Of a stretch of DNA of 34,592 bases, positions 6,605 to 16,550 are shown one piece after another. The notes beneath the pieces were generated by a model. That model saw only the letters and a program-made list of their open reading frames with translations, did not search any database and was not told the origin of the DNA. Location of the stretch: positions 1-34,592 of IMG/VR virus record IMGVR_UViG_3300011335_000743; one strand, 5' to 3'. A program made the translations under genes and the position numbers. How positions within the stretch are numbered: the first letter of the stretch is position 1; each line of letters opens with the position of its first letter. Origin of the DNA: a virus (lineage: Duplodnaviria > Caudoviricetes).

Positions 6605-8098
6605 TTAGGCGTTATAAAGGTAAGAGATAAAGATCTTGTCACCTGAAGATATTGGAGAAGCACCGCCAGAGGCAAGTTCACCAATCCAAGTTAACTTAGT
6701 CTTAGGGCTTGGAATTCCGTTAACCATAGTCATTTCAGTTCCTACAGTGTAGTCAACATTCTTAAACACGTTAAGACGACCGACACAAACTTTATAGATC
6801 CCAGCTGCCATGTGAGGAAGTGTTACAGAGTTAACACCAACAGAGTTAACACCAACTTCAAACATAAGATCTTCAGAAAGAGTTTTCCCTTCTAAGAAGA
6901 GAACTCTCATGCTTAGCATACCTTCGGCAGCCTCAGCTCTGGTTTTCTCAGTAAGAACTTCTGCATCAGTGTATGATTCAGCAGAAGAAAGAGTAGCAAC
7001 ATCTTGAGCGTCAACATAAGTCTTAGTTGTTGGATCGGCTTCAAGAACATCTAAGCGAGCGTCAAGAGCATTGTCAGCAGAAATACGTGCAGACTCTTCT
7101 GCGCTAACTGCAGAAGCCCTATCTAGTAGTTCCTGTGCAAGACCGTCAGCAATTTCTTTCATCTTAACATCTAACTTCTTGTCAGCATCGTGTAAGCTAG
7201 AAGCAGAACCAATATAGTTAACACCAGTGTTTGGAGAGTAAGATCCGTTAGATCCAAGACCTGCACCTGACTGAGTAGCGTCAACTTCTGACTGAAGAGC
7301 AGCAACAGCAGCATCATTAGAAAGAACATATCCTGCAAAAGCAGAATCATTTTCAGTATCAACAGAATTAATCAAAGAAACAATTTCAGCAAATGAATCT
7401 TTGTCTGCTGTAGAAGCAGAAAGTATTGCATCAATTCTGCCTTTTTCTGTGTCAATATTTCCCTGAAGAATTGCATCTTGAGAATCAACGTATGACTTAG
7501 AAACTTCGTCAGCTTCTAATGAATCTAAACGTAAAGACAATGCAGAATCAGCAGACATACGAGCAGTTTCTTCTGCAGAAAGATCTGAATCTAACTGTGA
7601 GATTTGTCCGTTAAGGTTAGTTTCAAGGTTAGAAATTTGACCTTCAAGATCAGTTTCAAGAGCGTCAAGTTGACCTTTATTGATAGCATCACCAGAAACT
7701 GTACCGTTAGCAAGTGATCCAATCTTGAATGAACCCATGTTTATTGCACCAGTCATGGTACGAGAACCATCTTTCTTAAACATAGTAAGATCTTCAGCTT
7801 CCCTAAGACCTTTTTCTTCTAATACTTCAGCGTCAGTATATGATTGAGCAGAAGATAGAGTAGAGGCATCACCTGCAATTCTGAGAGCTGCTTCAGAAGC
7901 AACTTCAGAGTTAACGAATGATTCAGAAGCAACAACACCTTGAGGAACAACAGCATCACCAGAAGCATCAATCTTAATGATTTCTACTTCGTTTCCATTA
8001 ACATCTAAACCTTTAAGTGCTTGACCATAGAGAATCTTTACTTTCTCTCCGTCAACAGCTTCCTCTCCGATCCACTTTTTTTCAATTTGCAAACTCAT
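6605..8098 (-). CDS. Coiled-coil fibre-like structural protein with internal repeats
   Basis: Repeats AEETARMSADSALSLRLDSLEAD / AEESARISADNALDARLDVLEAD and TLSSAQSYTDAEVL / TLSSAESYTDAEVL; C-terminal beta domain. Confidence 0.7.
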   Translation of the reverse strand: MSLQIEKKWIGEEAVDGEKVKILYGQALKGLDVNGNEVEIIKIDASGDAVVPQGVVASESFVNSEVASEAALRIAGDASTLSSAQSYTDAEVLEEKGLREAEDLTMFKKDGSRTMTGAINMGSFKIGSLANGTVSGDAINKGQLDALETDLEGQISNLETNLNGQISQLDSDLSAEETARMSADSALSLRLDSLEADEVSKSYVDSQDAILQGNIDTEKGRIDAILSASTADKDSFAEIVSLINSVDTENDSAFAGYVLSNDAAVAALQSEVDATQSGAGLGSNGSYSPNTGVNYIGSASSLHDADKKLDVKMKEIADGLAQELLDRASAVSAEESARISADNALDARLDVLEADPTTKTYVDAQDVATLSSAESYTDAEVLTEKTRAEAAEGMLSMRVLFLEGKTLSEDLMFEVGVNSVGVNSVTLPHMAAGIYKVCVGRLNVFKNVDYTVGTEMTMVNGIPSPKTKLTWIGELASGGASPISSGDKIFISYLYNA

Positions 8099-8123
8099 CT
8101 TTTTCCTTCCTTGTAAAAGTTAA

Positions 8124-8504
8124 TTAGTGATAAAAATAACTGTAGGTAATCTCGACCCAATCGTCTTTTTCCAAAAGACCATCTAAGCCTAGACCATCCC
8201 ACGAGATTGAATTTTCGCCTTCAATAAAAATAAAATCAAGAGTTATTATGACGCATGGTGCACCTCTTGGCTGAAACTTAATAAATCCGCCTTGTGGTGC
8301 AAACTCTCCTGACAAATATACTTTTTTCTCATCAATATCTGACTGAGTAAGTTGATAAGCATACTGATTTATTTTTGTAATTGGTGCCTGGAAACCACGA
8401 ACCTGCACATCTAAAACAGAAGGTGCAGTTTGGTATGCCTCTATGTTTGAGACTTGTTGAGTAACTGACAAGTTGAATGATTGTTCGTTCAACTGTAACT
8501 GCAT
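8124..8504 (-). CDS. Tail-module protein
   Basis: Position; C-terminal pattern resembles the C-terminus of the 497-aa protein. Confidence 0.55.
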   Translation of the reverse strand: MQLQLNEQSFNLSVTQQVSNIEAYQTAPSVLDVQVRGFQAPITKINQYAYQLTQSDIDEKKVYLSGEFAPQGGFIKFQPRGAPCVIITLDFIFIEGENSISWDGLGLDGLLEKDDWVEITYSYFYH

Positions 8505-8878
8505 TACTTAGTCACTTCAGGCGAGATCAACGCCAACCCTTGAACCCATCTTGTTACAAACCCTGATGGTGACACAGACTCTATGTCATAAATCATTTTA
8601 ATGACATTCCTGGACGTTCCACGAGCGTTTGTTTGTATGGATGCAGTTACCTCAGGAGTAAGTATTACTTCAACCATGCCCTTGGTTGATTCGTTTTCTT
8701 GATTTAATATTGTGAACGTAAAGTTTGCCTGAGTTGTAACATCACTCAGGTCTTTTTTGATCTTGCCTCTAAACACATGACCAGATAAATCTATTTTTTC
8801 GTTAGCTTCATCTTTAATTGTAAGGTACATACTAAAAGAAGCACCTTGATCTATTGAAATGTCATGTACAGCTGCCAT
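8504..8878 (-). CDS. Tail-associated Ig-like (BppU N-terminal-like) protein
   Basis: IDQGASF...IDLSG...YDIE...TRWVQG...SPEVT pattern typical of small phage tail proteins. Confidence 0.65.
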   Translation of the reverse strand: MAAVHDISIDQGASFSMYLTIKDEANEKIDLSGHVFRGKIKKDLSDVTTQANFTFTILNQENESTKGMVEVILTPEVTASIQTNARGTSRNVIKMIYDIESVSPSGFVTRWVQGLALISPEVTK

Positions 8879-8890
8879 AAATAATCCTGT

Positions 8891-9061
8891 TTAGAAAATC
8901 TTACTCCAAATATACGAAGACAACGAACCTAATACTGCACTAAATGCTGCTACTTTAACTTTTAAAGTTATTAATTCCTGCTTAACAATAGTCAGGTCTT
9001 TCCTAATCTCTTTGATCTCGCTAAATAAATGTGAGCGCCATTCTTGATCATTATTCATCAT
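8891..9061 (-). CDS. Small coiled-coil plus C-terminal TM protein (XhlA/holin-like), 56 aa; absent from the ORF track
   Basis: MMNNDQEWRSHLFSEIKEIRKDL...VAAFSAVLGSLSSYIWSKIF; TAATG coupling to the upstream gene. Confidence 0.65.
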   Translation of the reverse strand: MMNNDQEWRSHLFSEIKEIRKDLTIVKQELITLKVKVAAFSAVLGSLSSYIWSKIF

Positions 9062-9456
9062 TAATCCATAAACTCAGGTAACGGTTGCTCTTCAATAATT
9101 TCTGTTTCAGTAACTGGAAATAAAACTACTGACTCAATAAGCGTATTTTCTTTTGGTTGTGGCTTAGGATATTTAGCTTTAACTGAAAGTCTCTTAAGTT
9201 CAAGATCGTGTATTGACTGAGTTCCACCATCAAACCAAGCATTCATAAACTCTTCAGGGCTAGGATATTCAGATTTTCTTTTATCAAAACATTCTTTTAG
9301 TTCATCTTCGTATAAGATTGCATGATATTCAACAATAGCATCTTGTGGGTAAGATGATTTATTACCATCTAACCACCATGCTAATTTTTCTTTTGATTCT
9401 TCGTAATGAGATTGGTCAATAATAAGGTTGTTTGATTTTATAATTATTTTAATCAT
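9061..9456 (-). CDS. Tail-fibre assembly chaperone-like protein
   Basis: KRKSEYPS...VKAKYPKP motif, typical of small proteins that follow tail fibres. Confidence 0.6.
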   Translation of the reverse strand: MIKIIIKSNNLIIDQSHYEESKEKLAWWLDGNKSSYPQDAIVEYHAILYEDELKECFDKRKSEYPSPEEFMNAWFDGGTQSIHDLELKRLSVKAKYPKPQPKENTLIESVVLFPVTETEIIEEQPLPEFMD

Positions 9457-11237
9457 GGCGCAGTTCCTTCACATTTAATTTGCAAGTATGCTGTGGCTTG
9501 TGTTCCTGCTGAGTTTGTAGACAATAAGTTAAAATTCAAACCACCCGTTGAGTTAGATGCCCAACCAGTATTCCCATTAAAATACGGATCACATTGGCGG
9601 TCTTGCCCTGAAGTAAGATCCCATGCAACACATGAACAAGTTACTAGTGAACTATTTGCAAAAGTACCTGAAGCAAAAGTCATGTTTTGATAAAGAGCCG
9701 TGGTTGCCCATGTTGGTGCGGATCCAGTTCCACAAGTATCAACTACCTCAACACAAGTTCCTGTTGTACATTCTGTCGGGCTTGCAAGAGTTGCAGAAGC
9801 ACCACCGAAAGCATAATAACAAGTTTTAGGCTTAGATATTCCTGGAGTTGTCATTACTTCGTTAAATGTTCCTGTGATTGTTTTACTAGCTACAAAATCT
9901 GCACCTTGTTTTTGGCACATAACTTGAATATTGTAATTGTTTGCAACTGAATTATAAGTTGTAAACCCTGTTGATGTTGCTAGGATTTTACAATCGCCTA
10001 CACTCACTTGGTTAGAAATATTGCATAAACAGTTTGGAGTTGTGGTAAAAATTCCAGAGTTAAAAGTACAAGATGACTCACCCGGGTCTGTATCTGTGCA
10101 AGTCGCAGGAAGCCAATCTGCATTTTCTTCTGTTACCGCATCACCATTGTTGTTTATTTTTGCACTAAACACATCAATATTATTAATACCTGCAGTTGTT
10201 GTATAGGTAGAATTAGATCCGTAATATTCAAGAATAAATCTAGATGAGATTCTAGGTGAGGCGGATGTGTCACTTGAAATAGTAATAGTGTTAGCAGTAG
10301 ATCCTGCATAAAGTTCAAAAACTCTATTTCCTGCAGAAGTATAATTAAAAGTACATTCAACCATTAATCCAGTGTATTGACCTATGCCACCTGTTTGTCC
10401 GTATTGAGGTTCACAGGTAGTTGTTCCATCATTAATAGCAAAACCAGAGTTTCCACTTGTAGCAAGAAATGTTCTCACCATGAATTTAGCTTTATAAGTT
10501 CCTGCAGGTAAGTTGTTTACAGTTATTCTAGGAAGGTCTGAGTCAGTAGTTTGCCAAGCACCTAGATTTTGCCTTACGATTGTTGGTCCGGGACAAGCTG
10601 CTACAGTGCCAAATGCTCCTACCGTAGTAGAAGTTCTAGTCCAGTTACAACTTGTCGTACCTGCAAAATATGCTTCACCTGCTAATTTAGCTTCAGAACT
10701 AGAATTTAAAATATTAGAAACACCAACATAAGATTCATCAACATAAACTGTACCCGTAATTGATGTAGAGTTTGAGTTAATTGAAATACCTTGAGAAGTT
10801 GCACCTGTGACAAATGGAATTTGATATAGACCCCATTTATCATTACCCTGCACACTTACACACAGGCTTGTGATAAGAACACCTGCTTGCCTAGGGCATA
10901 CTCTAACACCTGCTACGTTTGATTTGATCTTTACAGTTAAGATTGCCTGCATACCGTCAGCAAGTTGAGAGGCAAATATTGTCGAATCTTGATAAAAGTC
11001 CATAGCTTGAGAGGATAAGACCACCTTTCCAGATGCTTTACCTTGGACAAAAACAGAATAATCTGCAGTAAATGTTCCTGTGCTGTTTGTCCACTTACCA
11101 ATTCCTGATTCAAAACCCGGATTAAGTAATAAATTGTTGTCTTGTAGGTATTGTCCTGTAACAGATGATACTTGTGCTTTTGACATTGTAGTCAAAAATG
11201 CAACAGCCCAAAAAAGTAAAAATAAGTTTTTAATCAT
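9453..11237 (-). CDS. Cys-rich tail-fibre/adhesin-like protein with signal peptide and CBM-like N-terminal domain
   Basis: MIKNLFLLFWAVAFLTTMSKA signal-like N-terminus; NLLLNPGFE CBM-type start; T/G/S-rich; 20 Cys by my count. Confidence 0.7.
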   Translation of the reverse strand: MIKNLFLLFWAVAFLTTMSKAQVSSVTGQYLQDNNLLLNPGFESGIGKWTNSTGTFTADYSVFVQGKASGKVVLSSQAMDFYQDSTIFASQLADGMQAILTVKIKSNVAGVRVCPRQAGVLITSLCVSVQGNDKWGLYQIPFVTGATSQGISINSNSTSITGTVYVDESYVGVSNILNSSSEAKLAGEAYFAGTTSCNWTRTSTTVGAFGTVAACPGPTIVRQNLGAWQTTDSDLPRITVNNLPAGTYKAKFMVRTFLATSGNSGFAINDGTTTCEPQYGQTGGIGQYTGLMVECTFNYTSAGNRVFELYAGSTANTITISSDTSASPRISSRFILEYYGSNSTYTTTAGINNIDVFSAKINNNGDAVTEENADWLPATCTDTDPGESSCTFNSGIFTTTPNCLCNISNQVSVGDCKILATSTGFTTYNSVANNYNIQVMCQKQGADFVASKTITGTFNEVMTTPGISKPKTCYYAFGGASATLASPTECTTGTCVEVVDTCGTGSAPTWATTALYQNMTFASGTFANSSLVTCSCVAWDLTSGQDRQCDPYFNGNTGWASNSTGGLNFNLLSTNSAGTQATAYLQIKCEGTAP

Positions 11238-11240
11238 GTC

Positions 11241-12206
11241 CTATCCAAATGTTAGTTCTAAACTATCTAATAATAACCTAGCATCTTGTGTTGCTCCACC
11301 TGCAACACGATATAATTTAACTCTAATCTTATCTCCTGCCTGTACTGCTACAGCATTAATCTGACCACTTGCGTTTGTAAGATCGATGTTACCAATACTT
11401 GTAATCAAGTTTGTAGTTGCTGACAATGTTACTGCAGCATTAGTACTTGTATAAGTATTGCTGTAAGTCCCGAGAACCGTAGAGGCATTAATAAGTGCAG
11501 ATACAGCTTGAAATTGAACCGTACTAGGTGAAACACCTGCACAGAAGAACTTGCCTTGCTTTAAGAAGATTTGAGTTCCTGCCACATAAGTAGGAGGTAC
11601 GTTTACTACGACATAAATTTCTTGAACGGATACGTTATCAAATGACTCAAAAAGAAAACCGTCTATAAACTCAGATATTGGCCCTAACGTGTCTTTGACC
11701 CAGTTTAAAGCAGGAGTAGCAATATTGACTGCCTTAATATCGATCTCAGTTGTGGTTGAAGTAAGAGATATGTTTGCACCATCAGTTAGGCTTTTAAATT
11801 CTAAATTCTGTGCAACTTTTTGAGCAAAGATTCCAGTGCCTGCACCTAGATTTAACCCATCATCAACGTCACCATAAACAAGGTTTGAAATGTTACTAAC
11901 CCAAGATGATGTAGCCGCATTATATCTTTTGATTGCATATTGTGCGTTTATGTCACAAGCAAGATCACCGTCAATAGGTGAAGTAATAGTTGCTAAGTTT
12001 ACAGGATCAAGATTAATCTCTGGACCTATTTTTATGTCTGCATTACTTCCTGAAGGGTTAGAGACTTTGAAAACTGTCCCTTGGAAGTCCATTGTGTCAG
12101 CACTGACTACAGGTGTTCCGTTATCTTCAACTGCTATTCCAAAAACTTGATCATTGATAAGGTCAAAATTACCAGTAAGCGGATTAAATACTTGTTTAGT
12201 AGGCAT
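11241..12206 (-). CDS. Tail/fibre structural protein
   Basis: FNPLTGNFD N-terminus; NLGAGTGIFAQK...LEFKSL..G.NI fibre-type motif. Confidence 0.65.
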   Translation of the reverse strand: MPTKQVFNPLTGNFDLINDQVFGIAVEDNGTPVVSADTMDFQGTVFKVSNPSGSNADIKIGPEINLDPVNLATITSPIDGDLACDINAQYAIKRYNAATSSWVSNISNLVYGDVDDGLNLGAGTGIFAQKVAQNLEFKSLTDGANISLTSTTTEIDIKAVNIATPALNWVKDTLGPISEFIDGFLFESFDNVSVQEIYVVVNVPPTYVAGTQIFLKQGKFFCAGVSPSTVQFQAVSALINASTVLGTYSNTYTSTNAAVTLSATTNLITSIGNIDLTNASGQINAVAVQAGDKIRVKLYRVAGGATQDARLLLDSLELTFG

Positions 12207-13264
12207 TATGTCCTCACTACACCGATCAATCGGCTAGATCCATCATAAGATAAAGTCACTGTGGCAACTGTGACAGTAGCAAGTTTATAAACTACGGTTG
12301 AAATATCTGTTGTCGCACCTACGTATGAAATAACAAGTTCATCATATTTTACAGGAACTAAAGCACCGCCTAGTCTCTGGTTTAATGCTGTAATGTCTGC
12401 ATTAGAAACTGGAACCGCTACCTGGTTAGATGAAATTACTACTCTTTGAGTAGAAGCATCCGTATTACCTGCACCGTAAGTCACAGGTAAAGTCAGTACA
12501 TCAACGTCACCGATATTTGCCGTACCTGCAGTTAGTTGAGTTTCTGTGGTTAAAGCACCTGAAGGGTTAACTTTTACGTCAACAAACCCTCCGCCACCGC
12601 CTGTAGTTTTACCGATGATAACGGTCTTTCCTAACTCAGCAAACATTGAACCAGTTACTGTCTGATCTAGAGTATAAAGAGAAGATTTAACTAATGTAGT
12701 TTTAAAAATTGTTTGAAGTCTAAAAAATGCTTGTGCAGAAGCACCGTTGGTATATACAACACGAGCATATTTAAACTCAGCATTGAATATATATCCAACA
12801 CCTGTGGTTCCAGAATATGTAGTTGAGTGAGAATGATCCCAGTTTGTTCCATCAGGAGAAAACTCAACTTTTACACCATTGGTAGCACTAGCAACGTCAG
12901 CTTTAACGTTTACGTTTATTGCAGCATAAGAGGTAATATCAAACGCAGTGCCTGTAAAAACACCACCTGCACCCAATGCAACAGTGCTTGAGTTTCCTGG
13001 ATCAAGTGTTCCTGTTAATAGCGTAGTAGACCCAGACCCAATGATCTCAACAGGTACAGGAACTGTATTGGCAGGAGTTACAGTATCTTTTTTAATGGGG
13101 ACTTGATTACCGTCAACGTATATGAACTGAAGTGAAGGCAGTGCCTTGTTATTTGCAGCGTTAGCTGTGTCTTGCTCAACAACTTGCTGTGCACCATTGT
13201 ACTGGAAGAATAAATCTTGTGCAGCAACTGTCAGAATACTTGGTGGGTATTGATATATTTTCAT
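12206..13264 (-). CDS. Tail structural protein
   Basis: T/V/G-rich beta protein; VEFSPDGTNWD motif; within the tail module. Confidence 0.6.
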   Translation of the reverse strand: MKIYQYPPSILTVAAQDLFFQYNGAQQVVEQDTANAANNKALPSLQFIYVDGNQVPIKKDTVTPANTVPVPVEIIGSGSTTLLTGTLDPGNSSTVALGAGGVFTGTAFDITSYAAINVNVKADVASATNGVKVEFSPDGTNWDHSHSTTYSGTTGVGYIFNAEFKYARVVYTNGASAQAFFRLQTIFKTTLVKSSLYTLDQTVTGSMFAELGKTVIIGKTTGGGGGFVDVKVNPSGALTTETQLTAGTANIGDVDVLTLPVTYGAGNTDASTQRVVISSNQVAVPVSNADITALNQRLGGALVPVKYDELVISYVGATTDISTVVYKLATVTVATVTLSYDGSSRLIGVVRT

Positions 13265-13623
13265 TATGCCCCCAAATTATTCCCAGTGATCCAAGCATTA
13301 ATTAAGCCTGTACCACTGTTTGAAACTGCATTTAGTCTCATCTTATAAGCTGAATGTTTTTCTATTTGTAATGTGTATTCTGTATCAATAGAACCGTCTA
13401 AAACTATCGGTGTATTAAAGTCTAATTCGTACCAAACAGGATTTTGTGAATTCTTATCACCAGAAAACTCAACTTTAATGATGCAATCAACAGTAGGATC
13501 TATTTTTATAATGTAGTTAATCACGTCAAGTTGATCAACTGTGCTTTCTTGAGAAGCCGTAATAGATGCAGAATTTAGATTACTCCAAACCTGATATTTG
13601 TTAAGTACGTTCCGTCGTGACAT
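13264..13623 (-). CDS. Small virion protein (beta-sandwich)
   Basis: First gene of the tail block; GAGGGG RBS. Confidence 0.55.
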   Translation of the reverse strand: MSRRNVLNKYQVWSNLNSASITASQESTVDQLDVINYIIKIDPTVDCIIKVEFSGDKNSQNPVWYELDFNTPIVLDGSIDTEYTLQIEKHSAYKMRLNAVSNSGTGLINAWITGNNLGA

Positions 13624-13676
13624 TTTTTAATCCCCTCGTGGGTTAATTGCCTGTTTAGCAAAAAGACAATTAAAGT

Positions 13677-16550
13677 TTAAGTTCGATAAAGAACTTTATC
13701 AAGTCCCGATTGCTCTCGGCTTGATGATTTTATATTTTTTGCCCCTACAGAAGAAACTCTTCTCTGTGGTTGCATATTTTGGACTTCTTTTTTGATTTGC
13801 ATCCCACTAAATTGCTGTAGGATATTAAACCCTGTCGGCGTAAACGCTTTCCTAGTATCAAGTCCAAGAATTACAGATAAATTTGCTTTTTGTTTCTCAG
13901 TTAGTTTTTTATTAAACTCAGGCAATCTCTCTGCGAATTCTTTTTGTATTTCTTCTGCCATTCTAGGGTAAACCGCCCTAAATGCTTCCATGTATTCAGG
14001 AGCAATGTACCCCGATGCAATACTGTTCATGACCTTATAAGGCTTCTCAACGGCATCAACATAGTTTTTAAATTTCATTAACTCAGATCTTGATATTGTT
14101 CCATCATCAAAAGGTGTAATTTGCTTTTTAGGAACCTTAGTAGATAGAAATGCAGCTGCATCCATTATCTTAGCACCTAAAGCACCTGCAGTTTTAGGAG
14201 CAGATTCATAAAGTGCTTTATTGTTTTTGTTGTAAACCTGAATGATCTCTTGTGGGTCCTGTTGATAATATTCAACCTTTTTTTCAATCTCTTTTACATC
14301 ATCATCGGACAAGTCTTGACCTGTAATGGTTCTATTGATTGCCTTAGTTGATAATGATGCAGACTTTTTGAAGAAGTTTTCTACTGAATCAGATATATTA
14401 AACTTTCCTTTATTAACTGCTTTCTCAAGAGCTGCGTTTGTAGGGATATACTTAGTCATCTGACCAAGCATACCTTTTGGGCCTGATCTGTAAACCATAT
14501 ACCTAAACATCTCTCTGGATTGATATGCAAGTTGAAACATATTCTGAAAACTCATGTTAACAGAAGTGTTAGATGGGTTCATATCAGGAGGTAAGTTGTC
14601 CACTATCTTAGAATAGTCAGCAATTAGTTTTTTCGGATCTGTTAAATGAGGAGCTAGTAGCTTTAATTGTGATTCTTCTAATTTATTTAGCTCTGTTTTA
14701 AATATTTTAGGACTGAATTTTCCAGTTTTAGATGCTTTTTTCTTTATGTCGTTAAGCAATCTTGCTCTAACTAAGTCTGCTACTTCAGGAAAATATAATT
14801 GTAATTTTTCAATATCTTCTATTTTTTTAAGATTAAGAAGTTTGTCAGCTATTTCAGTAGGTTTAACATCATTTAATCTGTTCATTAAATTTGTTAAATT
14901 TTCTGTTTTGAACCCTAGGTAATCACCTAGAAATTTGTATTTTTCGTGTGTAGAACGCCATATACCGTCTGCAGTGTTTAAAGCTGTAAACAAGTCATCG
15001 ATTTGTTTTCCCTTAGCAACAAAAGGTTCTGCCTTAAAATTAAACTCTATTGCATTTCTTCTTAACGTATCGAGTCTGTCATATAAAGTTTTAAAAAATG
15101 TAGTACCGTTTTTATCTCCTGCTCTTTGTGCCTTAGATAATTCATTCCCGATAATTGTTCTATATTCTTTAATTTTATTATAGGAATCTTGCTTACTAAT
15201 AATCTCAATATATTTTTTAGCGTTTGGAACTATATCAATTAAAGGTAATTTTTTTAATTCTGTCTGAAATCTTTTTCTGAGAGATTCGGTTATAGGTAAA
15301 TCTCCTGCTTTTTCATCAATAACTTGATACAAAAAAGATCCAGGCTCTAATTCTTCTGATATTTTTGCCTTTATCCCATCAATTGCATTAATTCCTATAG
15401 TGGACTTATCAACATCTGCAGCGTCTTTTATTATTAAATTGGTCACATTATCTAAAGCATCATGAGTTTTTTGTACTTCCTTTCTAGTGAGTATACCGCC
15501 AATGCTCGATTCTTCTTTAGCTAATGATCCTTCTAGTTTTGCAAACGCCCCACCTTCTTTCATACCAGGAGTAAGTGGAACACCTAAAGCACCTGCAGCT
15601 TTTTCCAATTCAATCTTGTCTGCAATTTCATCTGGACTTGCACCAAGTTTGGTCATTATTTCTTCAACGGACTCCTCATTAGATAGCCGAGTTAAAACAT
15701 CTTTTTGGATTTGCTTGTCTTCAATACCAGAGAAGACCTTTTTCATTGTTTCGGTGTATTGCTTTTTAATAGCCTTAGCACCTTCTCCAACCATTCCAAA
15801 CGTTCCGCCTGCTACAGAGCCAAAGATGCCACCAATCAACGCACCTTGACCCATACCTGCCAGAGCAGTCTCAGCATTAAACTCAGCATCTCCCAGTGCA
15901 TCCTCAGATATAACATCGCCCACACCAAAGAAAGCACCTTCAACCGCAGACCCCGTTCCAATCTTTACCGCCTTATCAACAACCTCTTTAGTTATGTTTG
16001 ATGCAGTTTTAGATAATACCTTCCCAGTAATAGAAGGAGCTAACTTAGCAGCAGCGGCAACACCTGCACGTTCTGCTAGTGCTGCAGGAGTAGCAGCAAG
16101 TAATCTTGCACCTACACTTGTACCGCCTGTAAAAAAAGCAGGAGCAATCGCACCTGTAATTTCAGAAGCACCTGAGATGATCGGATTCGCTTCTTCTAAC
16201 GCTTTTAACTTCTCAGCGCTTGTGATCCCAGTGCTCGTAAGGATCTGATCTGTTAAGCCTAATGTAAGACCTCTCAACCCAGAAACTGCAGCTGCTTTAA
16301 AAGGCTCGTCTTCTGCTTCTGCAAACAATTCTTCTTTTTGAATTTGTTTTTGTGAAACGTGCTTAAACCCTGCGTCTATTGCATCAAAAACTTGATCTGA
16401 AGGAACCAGTCTTCTTTGACCTTCATTGTCTTCAAACTCTAATTCTTGACCTTTGAGAATAGAATACTCGCCAGAATTTAAAAGATTGGGCAATCCGCCA
16501 TCTTCAATCTTTTCTAACTTACCTGTGCGATTATTTCTAACCTGGATCAT
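13677..16550 (-). CDS. Large internal virion / DNA-ejection protein
   Basis: 957 aa; Gly/Ala-rich hydrophobic N-terminal third, helical remainder; podoviral ejectosome position. Confidence 0.65.
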   Translation of the reverse strand: MIQVRNNRTGKLEKIEDGGLPNLLNSGEYSILKGQELEFEDNEGQRRLVPSDQVFDAIDAGFKHVSQKQIQKEELFAEAEDEPFKAAAVSGLRGLTLGLTDQILTSTGITSAEKLKALEEANPIISGASEITGAIAPAFFTGGTSVGARLLAATPAALAERAGVAAAAKLAPSITGKVLSKTASNITKEVVDKAVKIGTGSAVEGAFFGVGDVISEDALGDAEFNAETALAGMGQGALIGGIFGSVAGGTFGMVGEGAKAIKKQYTETMKKVFSGIEDKQIQKDVLTRLSNEESVEEIMTKLGASPDEIADKIELEKAAGALGVPLTPGMKEGGAFAKLEGSLAKEESSIGGILTRKEVQKTHDALDNVTNLIIKDAADVDKSTIGINAIDGIKAKISEELEPGSFLYQVIDEKAGDLPITESLRKRFQTELKKLPLIDIVPNAKKYIEIISKQDSYNKIKEYRTIIGNELSKAQRAGDKNGTTFFKTLYDRLDTLRRNAIEFNFKAEPFVAKGKQIDDLFTALNTADGIWRSTHEKYKFLGDYLGFKTENLTNLMNRLNDVKPTEIADKLLNLKKIEDIEKLQLYFPEVADLVRARLLNDIKKKASKTGKFSPKIFKTELNKLEESQLKLLAPHLTDPKKLIADYSKIVDNLPPDMNPSNTSVNMSFQNMFQLAYQSREMFRYMVYRSGPKGMLGQMTKYIPTNAALEKAVNKGKFNISDSVENFFKKSASLSTKAINRTITGQDLSDDDVKEIEKKVEYYQQDPQEIIQVYNKNNKALYESAPKTAGALGAKIMDAAAFLSTKVPKKQITPFDDGTISRSELMKFKNYVDAVEKPYKVMNSIASGYIAPEYMEAFRAVYPRMAEEIQKEFAERLPEFNKKLTEKQKANLSVILGLDTRKAFTPTGFNILQQFSGMQIKKEVQNMQPQRRVSSVGAKNIKSSSREQSGLDKVLYRT

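Noticed and set aside
5184-11237. Diversity-generating retroelement targeting the lectin/fibre genes
   Set aside because: No reverse transcriptase and no template/variable repeat pair seen.
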